From contig CAWGYD010000010.1 in the NCBI GenBank assembly GCA_963826785.1, positions 1 to 64,000 on the forward strand: a stretch of DNA of 64,000 nucleotides. Direction: 5' to 3'. This DNA is from an uncultured delta proteobacterium. GTDB lineage: Bacteria > Desulfobacterota > Desulfobacteria > Desulfobacterales > Desulfosalsimonadaceae. Below, one piece after another: positions 27,584 to 37,586 of this stretch. The number at the start of each line of letters is the position of its first letter. The first letter of the stretch is position 1. A program made the translations under genes and the position numbers. A model generated the notes under the pieces. It saw only the letters and a list, made by a program, of their open reading frames with translations, had not been told where the DNA came from and did no database searches.

Positions 27584-28946
27584 GATTGTCCTTTCCTTCC
27601 ACACGGCAGATGAGTAAACCGGATGACAATACGATTTCAATGGATTGTCCGACTAAGACGTCGGCAGCGGCCCGGATGACCCGCTTGTCTTCGACGGTTC
27701 TGGCGATGCTGTAGCCCCGGTCGAGCACCGCAGCCGGCCCGATGGCATGGAGCCGATCCGTCAATTCGGATACGCGCCGGCGCTTTGATTCCATGCCGGC
27801 GTAAAAACGGGAAATCAGCAGGTCCTGCATCCGGGTGATATCCGCCTGCCGGTTACGAATCTGGATCAAGGGGTTCATTGCATTCAAACGGCGGGTGCAC
27901 CACAGCAGCTTTTCGCTTTTTTGGCGGATCAGGGATCTGAGCTGGCGCAGCAGTCGCATGCTGTAGTCATCGAGCCTCAGGCGCAAGTCGTCCAGCCGTT
28001 TGCGCGGGTGGACCAGGCGCCGGGCGAGCCGGCTTAAGGATAAAACCTGTCGGTCCAGAATTGCCCGGGTCCGGCAGGCCAGCTGATTTTGAAGCTGTCT
28101 TTGCCGGATGATCAAATCCTGTTTCACCGGGACGGTCAACTCAGCTGCCGCAGAAGGGGTGGGTGCCCGAAGGTCGGCCACAAAATCGGAAATGGTAAAG
28201 TCGGTTTCATGGCCTACGGCAGAAATAACGGGAATGCGCGAGGCAAACAGGGCGCGGGCCACGATTTCGGAATTAAAGGCGCTTAAATCTTCCAGGGAGC
28301 CGCCGCCCCGGGCCAGTATCGCCACATCGGCAAGATTTCGGTCGTTTAGCAGTTTAAGTGCGCAAACGATCTCCTCGGCCGCGCCTTCGCCCTGGACTTT
28401 TGCCGGAATGATCTCGATGTCGGCGTTTTCATACCGCCGGTGGATGATGCGGATCATGTCATGCACCACTGAACCGGTGGGAGACGTAATCAGGCAGATC
28501 TTGCGCGGAAGGTACGGAATGGGCTGCTTTCGGGCCGGATCAAACAGGCCTTCTTGGGCAAGTTTTGCCTTGAGCTGTTCAAACGCAGCCTGCAGGGCGC
28601 CGATCCCGGCCGGTTCCAGGTATTCCAGGATGACCTGGTACGCTCCACGGGGCGCATAGACGCTGATGCGCCCAAATCCGGTGATCTTCATGCCGTCTTC
28701 AGGCGTAAATTTTAAGGTGCGGGCCTGGTTCCGGAACATGACCGCGCTGATCTGGGCTTCTGAATCTTTTAAAGTAAAATAGCAGTGCCCGGATGATGGA
28801 ACCCGAAAATTTGAAATTTCACCGGTAATCCAGACCAATGCAAATGTTTCTTCAAGCAATGATTTAAGTTTATCGGTCAGTTCGGATACGGTAAAAACGT
28901 ACCGCTCGGGTCCGGCGCCATATGTATTTGGATGGGATTTGTTCAT
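27564..28946 (-). CDS. xseA: Exodeoxyribonuclease VII large subunit
   Basis: GEISNF...SGHCYFTLKD, ARGGGSLEDL, SAVGHETD and RAPTPSAAAE. The ORF-track extension to 29027 runs into the MITE and is not credible. Confidence 0.95.
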   Translation of the reverse strand: MNKSHPNTYGAGPERYVFTVSELTDKLKSLLEETFALVWITGEISNFRVPSSGHCYFTLKDSEAQISAVMFRNQARTLKFTPEDGMKITGFGRISVYAPRGAYQVILEYLEPAGIGALQAAFEQLKAKLAQEGLFDPARKQPIPYLPRKICLITSPTGSVVHDMIRIIHRRYENADIEIIPAKVQGEGAAEEIVCALKLLNDRNLADVAILARGGGSLEDLSAFNSEIVARALFASRIPVISAVGHETDFTISDFVADLRAPTPSAAAELTVPVKQDLIIRQRQLQNQLACRTRAILDRQVLSLSRLARRLVHPRKRLDDLRLRLDDYSMRLLRQLRSLIRQKSEKLLWCTRRLNAMNPLIQIRNRQADITRMQDLLISRFYAGMESKRRRVSELTDRLHAIGPAAVLDRGYSIARTVEDKRVIRAAADVLVGQSIEIVLSSGLLICRVEGKDNHGKENI

Positions 28947-28967
28947 TTCATCCATTCGATCAAACTT

Positions 28968-29099
28968 GATGAACCCGTAAAAAGTCCAAAGTTCGTCACT
29001 CCGGTGAAAACCGGAGTCTATAACCAACTTAGTTTGTGGTAGATTCCGGCCTCCGCCGGAATGACAAAAGCGTAAAATCCGACTTTTTACGATTTCATC
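28968..29099 (+). mobile_element. MITE, TSD AAACTT
   Basis: GATGAACCCGTAAAAAGTC...GACTTTTTACGATTTCATC, with AAACTT on both sides. Confidence 0.9.
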
Positions 29100-29105
29100 A
29101 AACTT

Positions 29106-29183
29106 GATGAAATCTTAAAAAGTCCAAAATTCGTCACCCCGGCGCAGGCCGGGGTCCAGAACCAATTGATAAATGAATCCATC
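29106..29183 (+). mobile_element. Diverged, internally deleted MITE relative
   Basis: GATGAAATCTTAAAAAGTCCAAAATTCGTCACCCCGGCGCAGGCCGGGGTCCAG...GAATCCATC: left end, one hairpin and a short right end. Confidence 0.7.
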
Positions 29184-29414
29184 AATCATGAAAATCTGGT
29201 CAGCTTAACGTGTAAGGATGCGTTTCAGAAAGAATCTTTTTCACTAGCACAGAAGGCTGAGGCATTCAATTTAAATCTGGTTTTTGAAAACCATGGCTGA
29301 GATACGGGCAGATACGCGCATTAATTCATCTCGCATGATCCGCATTATTGACCGAATGGGTCCGACGGACGTGTCGAGCCGACAGATGAGGTATTTTTGG
29401 GGGCGTCAAGCTTT

Positions 29415-29546
29415 GATGAACCCGTAAAAAGTCCAAAGTTCGTCACTCCGGTGAAAACCGGAGTCTATAACCAACTTAGTTTGTAGTAGATTCCGGCCTC
29501 CGCCGGAATGACGAAAGCGTAAAATCCGACTTTTTACGGCTTCATC
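29415..29546 (+). mobile_element. MITE, TSD AAGCTTT
   Basis: Full element with AAGCTTT on both flanks. Confidence 0.9.
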
Positions 29547-29576
29547 AAGCTTTGCCTGAAAATTTCAATTTCCTTA

Positions 29577-29604
29577 ACGTCTGATAAGAAATATTATGTA
29601 AACT
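29577..29604 (+). other. dif: Putative chromosomal dif site (XerCD)
   Basis: ACGTCTGATAA-GAAATA-TTATGTAAACT has the 11-6-11 layout. The XerD arm matches the B. subtilis dif arm TTATGTAAACT, the site is intergenic, and KOPS-like motifs change polarity around it. Confidence 0.8.
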
Positions 29605-29752
29605 TTTGTCTCAACCCGGATTTTCCGCCAGATCAACCGGGCTCGACCCAATTCAATCGCATCCCCTGCACCTTTTCATTGCCGCGCAGAATATCCCCTA
29701 AAAAATTTATCGGCGACCGGATAAAAAAAATAGCCCGTGATGCTGGCGGGAT

Positions 29753-30013
29753 TTATGAAGGCTGAAGATATTTTCGTACGGCGGGGATAATATAAATATC
29801 ATCGAGGGGCAGATCCCGGAGACACCCGGAAAGGGTTTCGGCTTTTTCCCGGTCGGACAGGTGCTTGTCCATGATAAACATCTGTTCCCCCTTGACCCGG
29901 CAAAGACCGCTTTTGGCGTTCACGCCCGTAACCCGCAGGTTCTGTTCGGATACGGTGATATCGAACCGGGCGGCGATTTCTTTCAAGTGCTGGTAAAGCT
30001 CAGCGGATTTCAT
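29753..30013 (-). CDS. Small hypothetical protein
   Basis: 86-aa ORF with a plausible composition (SGLCRVKGEQMFIMDK, DDIYIIPAVR). No function recognised. Confidence 0.65.
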   Translation of the reverse strand: MKSAELYQHLKEIAARFDITVSEQNLRVTGVNAKSGLCRVKGEQMFIMDKHLSDREKAETLSGCLRDLPLDDIYIIPAVRKYLQPS

Positions 30014-30252
30014 TTAAAGCCCCGTATTGTCCGGTTTAAAAATAGTCTGGTTACCATAAATGATGGAGTCCGCCTGTTTCAAATTGTTTCGGGGTCTGTC
30101 CGATCTTTCTTGCATACGGGTGCGGATGTATTATATTTTAGACGATAAAATCAATTACATGGTGCCATTTCTCGGTTCCGGCGCGGCCGTTCCGAAAAAT
30201 AAGCATTTGATTTTACATACTTTTTCTTTAATGAAGTTCAAGGGAGGTTTAC

Positions 30253-30969
30253 ATGGCTGATTCATATTCAGTACGAAATCAAACAGACGCCCAGGTACAG
30301 ATCGGCGTCAACAGTTTCATCCGCAGTGTCTATAACTGGATGGCCATCGGATTGGCGCTGACCGGCGGCGTGGCCCTTTTTACCGCCAATTCCCCCACTC
30401 TGCTGGGACTTATTTTCACCAATCAGATCGTGTTTTTCGGCCTGATGATCGCTGAACTGGGGATGGTCTTTTACCTGAGCGCCCGGGTGCAGAAACTCCA
30501 GGCATCCACCGCCACCGGACTGTTCGTCGCCTACGCCGCACTAAACGGCCTGACGCTGTCCTTTATATTCCTTGCTTTCACCCAGACCTCCATTGCCGCG
30601 ACCTTTTTCATCTGTTCGGCCACATTTGTCGCCTGCAGCATTTACGGCATGACCACCCAGCGGGATCTGACTTCCCTGGGCAGCTTCATGTTCATGGGCC
30701 TCATCGGCATCATCATCGCTTCGGTGGTCAATGTGTTTGTCCGCAGCACCGCCATGTTTGCCATTATCAACTATGTCGGGGTGCTGGTCTTTATCGGCCT
30801 GACCGCCTATGATACCCAGAAACTTAAAACAATGGCCCGGACCCAGCCGGCCGGCCTCGATGCCGGCGTCATCCGAAAAGGCGCCATCATGGGCGCTCTT
30901 TCCCTGTATCTTGACTTCATTAACCTGTTTCTGATGCTGCTTTATATTCTCGGCGGCGAGCGCAGATAG
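30253..30969 (+). CDS. Bax inhibitor-1/YccA family membrane protein
   Basis: About 7 TM segments, FIRSVYNWMAIGL, GLTAYDTQKLK and GALSLYLDFINLFL. SD GGAGG. Confidence 0.92.
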   Translation: MADSYSVRNQTDAQVQIGVNSFIRSVYNWMAIGLALTGGVALFTANSPTLLGLIFTNQIVFFGLMIAELGMVFYLSARVQKLQASTATGLFVAYAALNGLTLSFIFLAFTQTSIAATFFICSATFVACSIYGMTTQRDLTSLGSFMFMGLIGIIIASVVNVFVRSTAMFAIINYVGVLVFIGLTAYDTQKLKTMARTQPAGLDAGVIRKGAIMGALSLYLDFINLFLMLLYILGGERR

Positions 30970-30995
30970 CACCTTCAACGATTGGTAGACTCCCG

Positions 30996-31035
30996 GCGTC
31001 CGGTTTTTCAATGCTGAAAAACCGGACGCTTTTTT
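30996..31035. terminator. Intrinsic terminator between convergent yccA-like gene and glmM
   Basis: GCGTCCGGTTTTTCA-ATGC-TGAAAAACCGGACGC followed by a T-tract. Confidence 0.7.
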
Positions 31036-32386
31036 ATGCCCCCAGCTTTTCTTTGATGAGATCCGCCAGCTCCCGGCAGTACTTTGTGGTCTGCTGTTCA
31101 TCCGGCCCTTCCACCATCACCCGGCACATCAACTGGGTGCCCGAATAGCGGACCAGCACCCTTCCCCGGTTTTCCAGTTTTTCTTCCACCGCCCGGATGG
31201 CTTCGGCAATTTCCGGAACGGAATCAATGGGCACTTTCTGTTTGACGGTGACGTTCATCAATATCTGCGGATAGACGGTCATGGCGCCGGCCAGTTGGGA
31301 AAGCGCTTTTTTTGAATCCTTTACGGCCTCGATCAGGCGCAGGGCGGTGAATATGCCATCGCCCGAGGTATGCCGATCCAGAAATATCATGTGTCCTGAA
31401 TCCTCCCCCCCGAGAACGGCCTCATGACGGATCATCTTTTCCAGGACGTACCGGTCCCCCACATCCGCGGTGACATGGTCGATCCCGGCCGCGTCCAATG
31501 CCTGGTACAGACCCACATTGCTCATGACCGTGGTGACCACCCGATTGTTTGCCAGTCTGCCATGCCGCTTCAAATGCATGGCGCATATCATCAGGATCTG
31601 ATCGCCGGTGACGATGTTTCCGTTTTCATCCACCGCGATCAATCGGTCTCCGTCTCCATCAAAAGCCAGCCCCATGTCCGCTCCGTTTTTAATCACTTCC
31701 GCCACCAGTGCCTCGGGATGCTGGGATCCGCAGCCCCGGTTGATGTTCATCCCGTCAGGTGCATGGCAGATTGCGGTCATTTCGGCGCCCAGTTGACTGA
31801 AAACCTGCGGAGCGATTTCCGATGTGGCTCCGTTTGAACAGTCCAGGATGATTTTCGAACCTTTCAGTGAAGTTTCAGGCGAAATGGCTGTCTTTAAGAA
31901 TGCCAGATATTGTTGGGCGGCTGAATTCATGTGCGAGACGGTCCCGATGCTCTCGGCCGACGGACCGGGCAGGGATTCTTCATCTGCGATGAGCGCTTCG
32001 ATGGCTTCCTCGTCGGAATCAGAAAGCTTGAATCCCTTTTGATTGAAAATTTTGATGCCGTTATCCGTAAACGGGTTGTGGGATGCGGAAATCATGATCC
32101 CGGCGTCAAACCCGCCCGCATGGGTCAGATATGCGACGGCCGGTGTGGGCAGAACGCCGGCCAGAAAAACCCGGCCGTTTGCCGAACTGATGCCCGCGGC
32201 CACAGCGCATTCGATCATGTCCCCGGACAACCGGGAATCTTTTCCAATAATGATCCGCGCCGGCAATGTGTCCGACGGCAGCCGGCGGACCACGGCCCTG
32301 CCGATGCGGATCATCATTTCCGGAGTGATGGGATGGGTATTTGCCACACCGCGGATGCCGTCGGTGCCGAATAAGTTGTTCGTCAT
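31034..32386 (-). CDS. glmM: Phosphoglucosamine mutase
   Basis: FGTDGIRG, ISASHNP, FDGDGDR, GGEDSGH and RYSGT. Confidence 0.95.
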   Translation of the reverse strand: MTNNLFGTDGIRGVANTHPITPEMMIRIGRAVVRRLPSDTLPARIIIGKDSRLSGDMIECAVAAGISSANGRVFLAGVLPTPAVAYLTHAGGFDAGIMISASHNPFTDNGIKIFNQKGFKLSDSDEEAIEALIADEESLPGPSAESIGTVSHMNSAAQQYLAFLKTAISPETSLKGSKIILDCSNGATSEIAPQVFSQLGAEMTAICHAPDGMNINRGCGSQHPEALVAEVIKNGADMGLAFDGDGDRLIAVDENGNIVTGDQILMICAMHLKRHGRLANNRVVTTVMSNVGLYQALDAAGIDHVTADVGDRYVLEKMIRHEAVLGGEDSGHMIFLDRHTSGDGIFTALRLIEAVKDSKKALSQLAGAMTVYPQILMNVTVKQKVPIDSVPEIAEAIRAVEEKLENRGRVLVRYSGTQLMCRVMVEGPDEQQTTKYCRELADLIKEKLGA

Positions 32387-32404
32387 TGAATTCTTCCGGG
32401 TTAT

Positions 32405-33637
32405 TTATTTTTCGGGTTGCATGATTACCGATGGAAGGGCTTCTTGCGCTTGGCCGATAACGCTTTCCACGATGCTTTTAAGCCAGGCGGTGCCGATGTG
32501 CCTGGATGCCGCTTCCAGCTGCTGAATGGTCCGGACATAGTCCATGCCTTCTTTTTCGATCTTCATTTCGACAATCTTCACAAACTGGTCTCTACGTTTT
32601 TCTTCTCCCGGGAATAAATCCGGATTCTCCAGATATCCTTTCAGTTGGGGCCAGTTGCCGATTAATTCGGTATCCCGGGCCTGCTGGTCAGCGGCTTTCA
32701 ATGCCCCGGCAAAATTTTGCACAAATCCGTCCAGCCGCCTGATCCGTTCGCTGGCAGCGCATCGAAGCTGACGGCAGAGCCCATCATAGAGTTCTATCGG
32801 CAGATCATCTGAAATAAACAATTTTCGAATGTGTGCATACCATTGCCCCAGTGCGGTCAGGTTGGCGATATAGATGACGTTGTTGGTAAAGATCCGTTTG
32901 ATGTTTCGGTATCCACCCGCCGTATAGGCGACGCTGCCGCTTCTGGATGTTCCTTCAAAGATCAGCCGGTTTTTCCGGAGTTCGTCTTTCCGGCAGATGG
33001 TGCCGGCGGCGGTTACCGTGCCATGGGCCAGCCGGCAGGGGCCCACCAGCCCCCCCTGCCCTCCCAGGAAAATGGGCGACTGGTCCAGCATCACCCCGTC
33101 GGGCACATTGCCGATCAGGGAGGCGGTGGCCTTGTCCTGCTGGGGAGTAAAATTGAAATGAATGTAGGAGCTGCCCACTTCGCTGTGATTTTTGGCGCTG
33201 GTGCCGCCGGTCATGAGGCAATCGCAGAAATTGATCAGGCTGCCCAAAGTAACATAGGGGAAAAGAATCGTCTGCTTGAGGCCGACGCAATGGGCCGCTT
33301 TGGCAAACTCTTCCAGGATGGTCCCTTCCCGCACCTGGGCTGCGGATCCGACGGCGGCGTTTTTCAAAAAAACCGATTCCTTGAAAAATCCGCCCCCCAG
33401 CGATACCCCCGGCCCCAGGTGACAGTTTTCGACGGTGGCCGGCGCCTCGTATCCCAGTTCCACTCCTTTGGATATCCATGTGTGCTTTCCGTATATGCGG
33501 CAACCCGCATGGAGGGTCACCCCCCCGGAGATTCTTTCCGGACGGACCTCTTCACCGATTTCAATTGATTCCGGGGTATTGATACGAACCCCGTTGGCGA
33601 TCAGGGCGGAAATCGTCATCTGCTGCTGGCCGGTCAT
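32405..33637 (-). CDS. GlmU-related left-handed beta-helix protein lacking the N-terminal uridylyltransferase domain
   Basis: Begins at the GlmU linker-like LIANGVRINTPESIEIG, then hexapeptide-like repeats and a helical C-terminal extension. No LAAG-GTRM motif. Directly upstream of glmM. Confidence 0.65.
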   Translation of the reverse strand: MTGQQQMTISALIANGVRINTPESIEIGEEVRPERISGGVTLHAGCRIYGKHTWISKGVELGYEAPATVENCHLGPGVSLGGGFFKESVFLKNAAVGSAAQVREGTILEEFAKAAHCVGLKQTILFPYVTLGSLINFCDCLMTGGTSAKNHSEVGSSYIHFNFTPQQDKATASLIGNVPDGVMLDQSPIFLGGQGGLVGPCRLAHGTVTAAGTICRKDELRKNRLIFEGTSRSGSVAYTAGGYRNIKRIFTNNVIYIANLTALGQWYAHIRKLFISDDLPIELYDGLCRQLRCAASERIRRLDGFVQNFAGALKAADQQARDTELIGNWPQLKGYLENPDLFPGEEKRRDQFVKIVEMKIEKEGMDYVRTIQQLEAASRHIGTAWLKSIVESVIGQAQEALPSVIMQPEK

Positions 33638-33797
33638 ATTCCCCTCTTTCGAATGAATGGAAATTACGATGTCAAAAAAATCTCATATAGCAAAATACAA
33701 TCACCAAATCAAAACCTTAAAACAATTGCAACTTGTCGCCGGCTAATAATTCTGCTATTATTTTCCATTTAACCAGTGGACACTAATTACTGAAGAG

Positions 33798-34742
33798 ATG
33801 GAGCACATGACCAAATACCGTTTGTTGACGCGGGGCGACCTGGACGGGCTGATCTGCGCTGTTTTGATGAAGCATCTGGACATGGTGGATGAAATCGTGC
33901 TGATCGATCATCCCAGTGTCATGCAGAGGGAAAACGTCTCGGTTACGGACAGGGATATCACCACCAATCTTCCCTTTGTCAAAGGAGTTCATCTGGCCAT
34001 CGACCATCATGTCTCTGAAACCCTGCGCAATGCCGAGAATCCCCGCCACATCATCGATCCGGATGCGCCGTCCGCGGCCCGGGTGGTATACGATTATTAC
34101 GGCGGCAGGAGCAGTTTTCCGGCACTGTTTGACGAGATGATGGCTGAAGTCGATAAGGCCGATTCGGGGCAATTCTCAAAAGAGGAGATCCTCCATCCCG
34201 AAAGATGGGCTCTGCTGAATTTTCTGGTGGACCAGCGGACCGGAGTTGAGGAATGGGGGAAATACCGCATCGATGAGAAGCGCTTCAAGCTGGATCTGAT
34301 CGACCACTGCAGCAGGATGTCCATCGACGAGATCGTCGATATCGAGGATTTCCAACAGCGGGCGGATGTCTATTTTGCCTATGAGGAGCGCTACCGTCAG
34401 CAGGTGGCCGCTGCCGCCTCCGTTCACCGAAATATCGTGGTGCAGGATTTCCGGGATCAGGGGAAAATATTTCCCGGAAACCGGTTTATCGTATACGCGC
34501 TGTTTCCCATGTGCAATCTGTCCATCCTGGTCCGACGGGACAAGGAAAAAGGAATCATTACGTTTTCAGTGGGAAAATCGATATTGAATCATAGTTCCGA
34601 TGCCAATATCGGCGAATTGATGCTTTCTTACGGCGGCGGCGGTCATCGGGCCGCCGGTGCCTGCCACGTGTCGGAGGACAAAGCCGATGCGGTATTGCGG
34701 CAGCTGCTTGGGCAACTGGCGGATGGCCCGTCAGCGGGTTAA
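33798..34742 (+). CDS. DHH/DHHA1 phosphoesterase (nanoRNase / exopolyphosphatase-like)
   Basis: TRGDLDG, IDHH, SAARVV, VDKADS and GGGGHRAAG. Confidence 0.85.
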   Translation: MEHMTKYRLLTRGDLDGLICAVLMKHLDMVDEIVLIDHPSVMQRENVSVTDRDITTNLPFVKGVHLAIDHHVSETLRNAENPRHIIDPDAPSAARVVYDYYGGRSSFPALFDEMMAEVDKADSGQFSKEEILHPERWALLNFLVDQRTGVEEWGKYRIDEKRFKLDLIDHCSRMSIDEIVDIEDFQQRADVYFAYEERYRQQVAAAASVHRNIVVQDFRDQGKIFPGNRFIVYALFPMCNLSILVRRDKEKGIITFSVGKSILNHSSDANIGELMLSYGGGGHRAAGACHVSEDKADAVLRQLLGQLADGPSAG

Positions 34743-34791
34743 GTTTTTATCGGTTTTATCCCAAAACGATTAGAAACAATGAGGTGACGCA

Positions 34792-36414
34792 ATGGCGCAA
34801 TCGGATGTTTCTTCACTGCCCGCATGGAAATCATTAAACGCGCATGCCGACCGCATGAACCTGCCGGAAAATCATTTAAAACACCTGGTTCAAACGCCGG
34901 ATCGGCTTGAGCGCTGCTCCATCAAGGGCGCCGGTATGTTTTATGATTTTTCACGCCAGCGTATCGATAGTAAGGTTATAGATGGCCTGACTGCGCTGGC
35001 CGACGAAAAAAAGCTAATCCAGTCCTTTAAGGATATGATGTCCGGCGCCCGCGTCAACACCACCGAAGGCCGGGCCGCCCTGCATACCGCCGCCCGAAAC
35101 TTTACGGATCCTGCCGTATACGACAACGGCCGCGATGTAATGCCCGAAATCAGCCGTGTGCGCGACGAGATTCGGCAGTTTGCACACCAGGTGCATTCCG
35201 GTGAGATTACGGGCACCAACGGCATGCCTTTCAAGGATGTGGTGGTGATCGGCATCGGGGGTTCTTACCTCGGGCCCGAATTTGCGGCCATTGCCATGGA
35301 AAGCTTTGCGGATAAAGGCATCTCGCTTCATTTTCTGGCGAATGTGGACATCGACAGTTTCGGCAGGATTGCAGCCCGGGTGCTGCCGGAAACCGCGCTC
35401 TGGATCATTATTTCCAAGAGCTACACCACCACGGAAACCATGGCCAATGCGAATATGGCCATCACCTTCATGCAGGAAAAAGGGCTCGATCCTGAAAAGC
35501 ACCTGGTGACGGTCACGAGCAAGGGAAGCCCCGGGGATGATCCCGCAAATCCGGTCCTGCGCGCCTTCCACATGTTCGATTATATCGGCGGCCGCTTCAG
35601 CGTCACCTCAGCGGTGGGCGGCGTCCCCTTGAGCCTTCTTCTGGGATACGAGATGTTCGAGCGGTTTTTGAAAGGGGCCGAGGAGATGGACCGTCATGCG
35701 GCATCTGCCCCGCCGGAGCAGAACATCCCCCTGATGGCCGCGCTGATCGGCATCTGGAACAATGATTTCCTCGGCTATCCGGCTTCCGGCATTATCCCCT
35801 ACTCCACTGCTTTGGCCAAACTTCCGGCGCACGTTCAGCAGCTCTACATGGAAAGCAACGGCAAGGCGGTCACTCGAGACGGTGAACCGGTAAAGATTCC
35901 CACCGGGGTGATCGTCTTCGGTGAGCCCGGCACCAACGCCCAGCATTCTTTTTTCCAGCTGGCCCACCAGGGGCGCCCCTTCCCCATCGATTTCATCGGC
36001 GTGATCAATCCCTGTTTCGATCAATACACCGCCACTTCCAAGGGGGTGACCAATCATCAGGAATTGTGGGCCAATCTCATTGCCCAGCCAAGGGCGCTGG
36101 CCCAGGGAAAGGACGACCCGGATCCGGCCCGGGCCTTTAGCGGAAATCGCCCCTCGTCCACCCTGCTGATCAATGACCTTTCCCCGGAGAACATCGGAAG
36201 GCTTCTTTCGTTTTACGAGGCCAAAACCGTATTCGAGGCCTTTGTCTGGGACATCAATCCGTTCGATCAATTCGGCGTGGAACTGGGCAAAACCATGGCT
36301 TCGGGCATTCGAAAAGAAATGGGTGCCAAAAATGAAAACCCCGGCCACGCATTTGACAGTGTCAACCCCATCGATCGGTTTTATCTCGATGCCCTTTTTC
36401 GAAAATCAATATGA
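34792..36414 (+). CDS. pgi: Glucose-6-phosphate isomerase
   Basis: NTTEGRAALH, IGIGGSYLGP, SKSYTT.ET, GGRFSV.SAVG, QQLYMESNGK, GTNAQHSFFQL and FDQFGVELGK. Confidence 0.96.
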   Translation: MAQSDVSSLPAWKSLNAHADRMNLPENHLKHLVQTPDRLERCSIKGAGMFYDFSRQRIDSKVIDGLTALADEKKLIQSFKDMMSGARVNTTEGRAALHTAARNFTDPAVYDNGRDVMPEISRVRDEIRQFAHQVHSGEITGTNGMPFKDVVVIGIGGSYLGPEFAAIAMESFADKGISLHFLANVDIDSFGRIAARVLPETALWIIISKSYTTTETMANANMAITFMQEKGLDPEKHLVTVTSKGSPGDDPANPVLRAFHMFDYIGGRFSVTSAVGGVPLSLLLGYEMFERFLKGAEEMDRHAASAPPEQNIPLMAALIGIWNNDFLGYPASGIIPYSTALAKLPAHVQQLYMESNGKAVTRDGEPVKIPTGVIVFGEPGTNAQHSFFQLAHQGRPFPIDFIGVINPCFDQYTATSKGVTNHQELWANLIAQPRALAQGKDDPDPARAFSGNRPSSTLLINDLSPENIGRLLSFYEAKTVFEAFVWDINPFDQFGVELGKTMASGIRKEMGAKNENPGHAFDSVNPIDRFYLDALFRKSI

Positions 36415-36502
36415 GGGTAAACCGATGAGCGCTCTTTCCTTCCGGCAGCTCGGAATTTTTGCGGCTTCTGGCCGCGGCATCCTCCATATCTGACCCGATC
36501 TT

Positions 36503-37441
36503 ATGACCATTACGCTGACAATGTTGATCCTGGGATGCCTGCTGCTCTATTTCGGTTCCAACTGGCTGGTGAAGGGGGCCTCGGAAATGGCCCTGGCCTA
36601 TGCCATACGGCCGGCGGTGATCGGATTGACCGTGGTGGCGGTGGCCACCTCCGCCCCCGAGCTGCTGGTGAGTATCGTGGCGGCTGCAGAAGGGTCCAGC
36701 GGCGTATCCGTGGGCAATATTTTAGGAAGCAATGTCTTTAATATCGCCCTGGTCCTGGGGATCAGTGCATGCATCCGTCCGCTGACCATCGACCGCCGCA
36801 TCATCAAACGGGAAATCCCCTACATGACGGCCGCCTCCGTCCTTTTCTGGATTCTTTGCGCAGACGGCCGGATCAGCCGATTCGACGGCTTTGTGCTCAC
36901 CCTGCTGCTGATCATCTTCCTGGCGTACAGCATTCTTACGGCACGGGACAAAAAGACTGGACCAGAATACCGCCGTGCGGCTCCGGAGAATCATACCCGA
37001 AATATTTTCCTCATGGCGGCCGGCATTGTATCGCTTGCCCTGGGGGCGGACTGGGTGGTGGATTCGGCCGTCAGTATCGCCCGGTCCTTTCACATGAGCG
37101 AGATATTTATCGGTATCTCCATCGTGGCCACCGGAACATCGCTCCCCGAACTGGCGACTTCGGCGGTGGCTGCCGCACGAAAAGAGAGCGATATTTCCGT
37201 GGGAAATATCGTCGGCAGCAACCTGTTCAACATCTGCCTGGTCATGGGCGCGGTGGGCCTGATCAGTCCGATTGCCATCGGTTCCGGGTTGAACCGGTTT
37301 GAATTTCCCGCCATGATCGCCATCACGATCCTGCTCTATGCAATGGCACTCAAATGGCAGCGCCTGGACCGCCGCTCCGGAGCGATTCTGGTGTTCTGCT
37401 TCATTGCCTATATGACCATCTCATACATTCTTTCCGCATGA
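36503..37441 (+). CDS. Calcium/sodium antiporter (YrbG family)
   Basis: Two alpha repeats: ATSAPEL...GNILGSN and GTSLPEL...GNIVGSN. Confidence 0.92.
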   Translation: MTITLTMLILGCLLLYFGSNWLVKGASEMALAYAIRPAVIGLTVVAVATSAPELLVSIVAAAEGSSGVSVGNILGSNVFNIALVLGISACIRPLTIDRRIIKREIPYMTAASVLFWILCADGRISRFDGFVLTLLLIIFLAYSILTARDKKTGPEYRRAAPENHTRNIFLMAAGIVSLALGADWVVDSAVSIARSFHMSEIFIGISIVATGTSLPELATSAVAAARKESDISVGNIVGSNLFNICLVMGAVGLISPIAIGSGLNRFEFPAMIAITILLYAMALKWQRLDRRSGAILVFCFIAYMTISYILSA

Positions 37442-37504
37442 CCCGAAAATCTCATGCCGAAAATCCGCAAATTCGTGGACAATACCTTACGCCGGGAGTT
37501 CTTG

Positions 37505-37551
37505 AAAAAAAAGCAGCCGGCCTTTCTGAAAATTCAGAAAGGCCGGCTGCC
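37505..37551. terminator. Intrinsic terminator (T-tract on the minus strand)
   Basis: AAAAAAAAGCAGCCGGCCTTTCTGA-AAAT-TCAGAAAGGCCGGCTGC. Confidence 0.75.
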
Positions 37552-37586
37552 GTATTGCTTCAATGATTGAGATGTAGAATCTTGGG

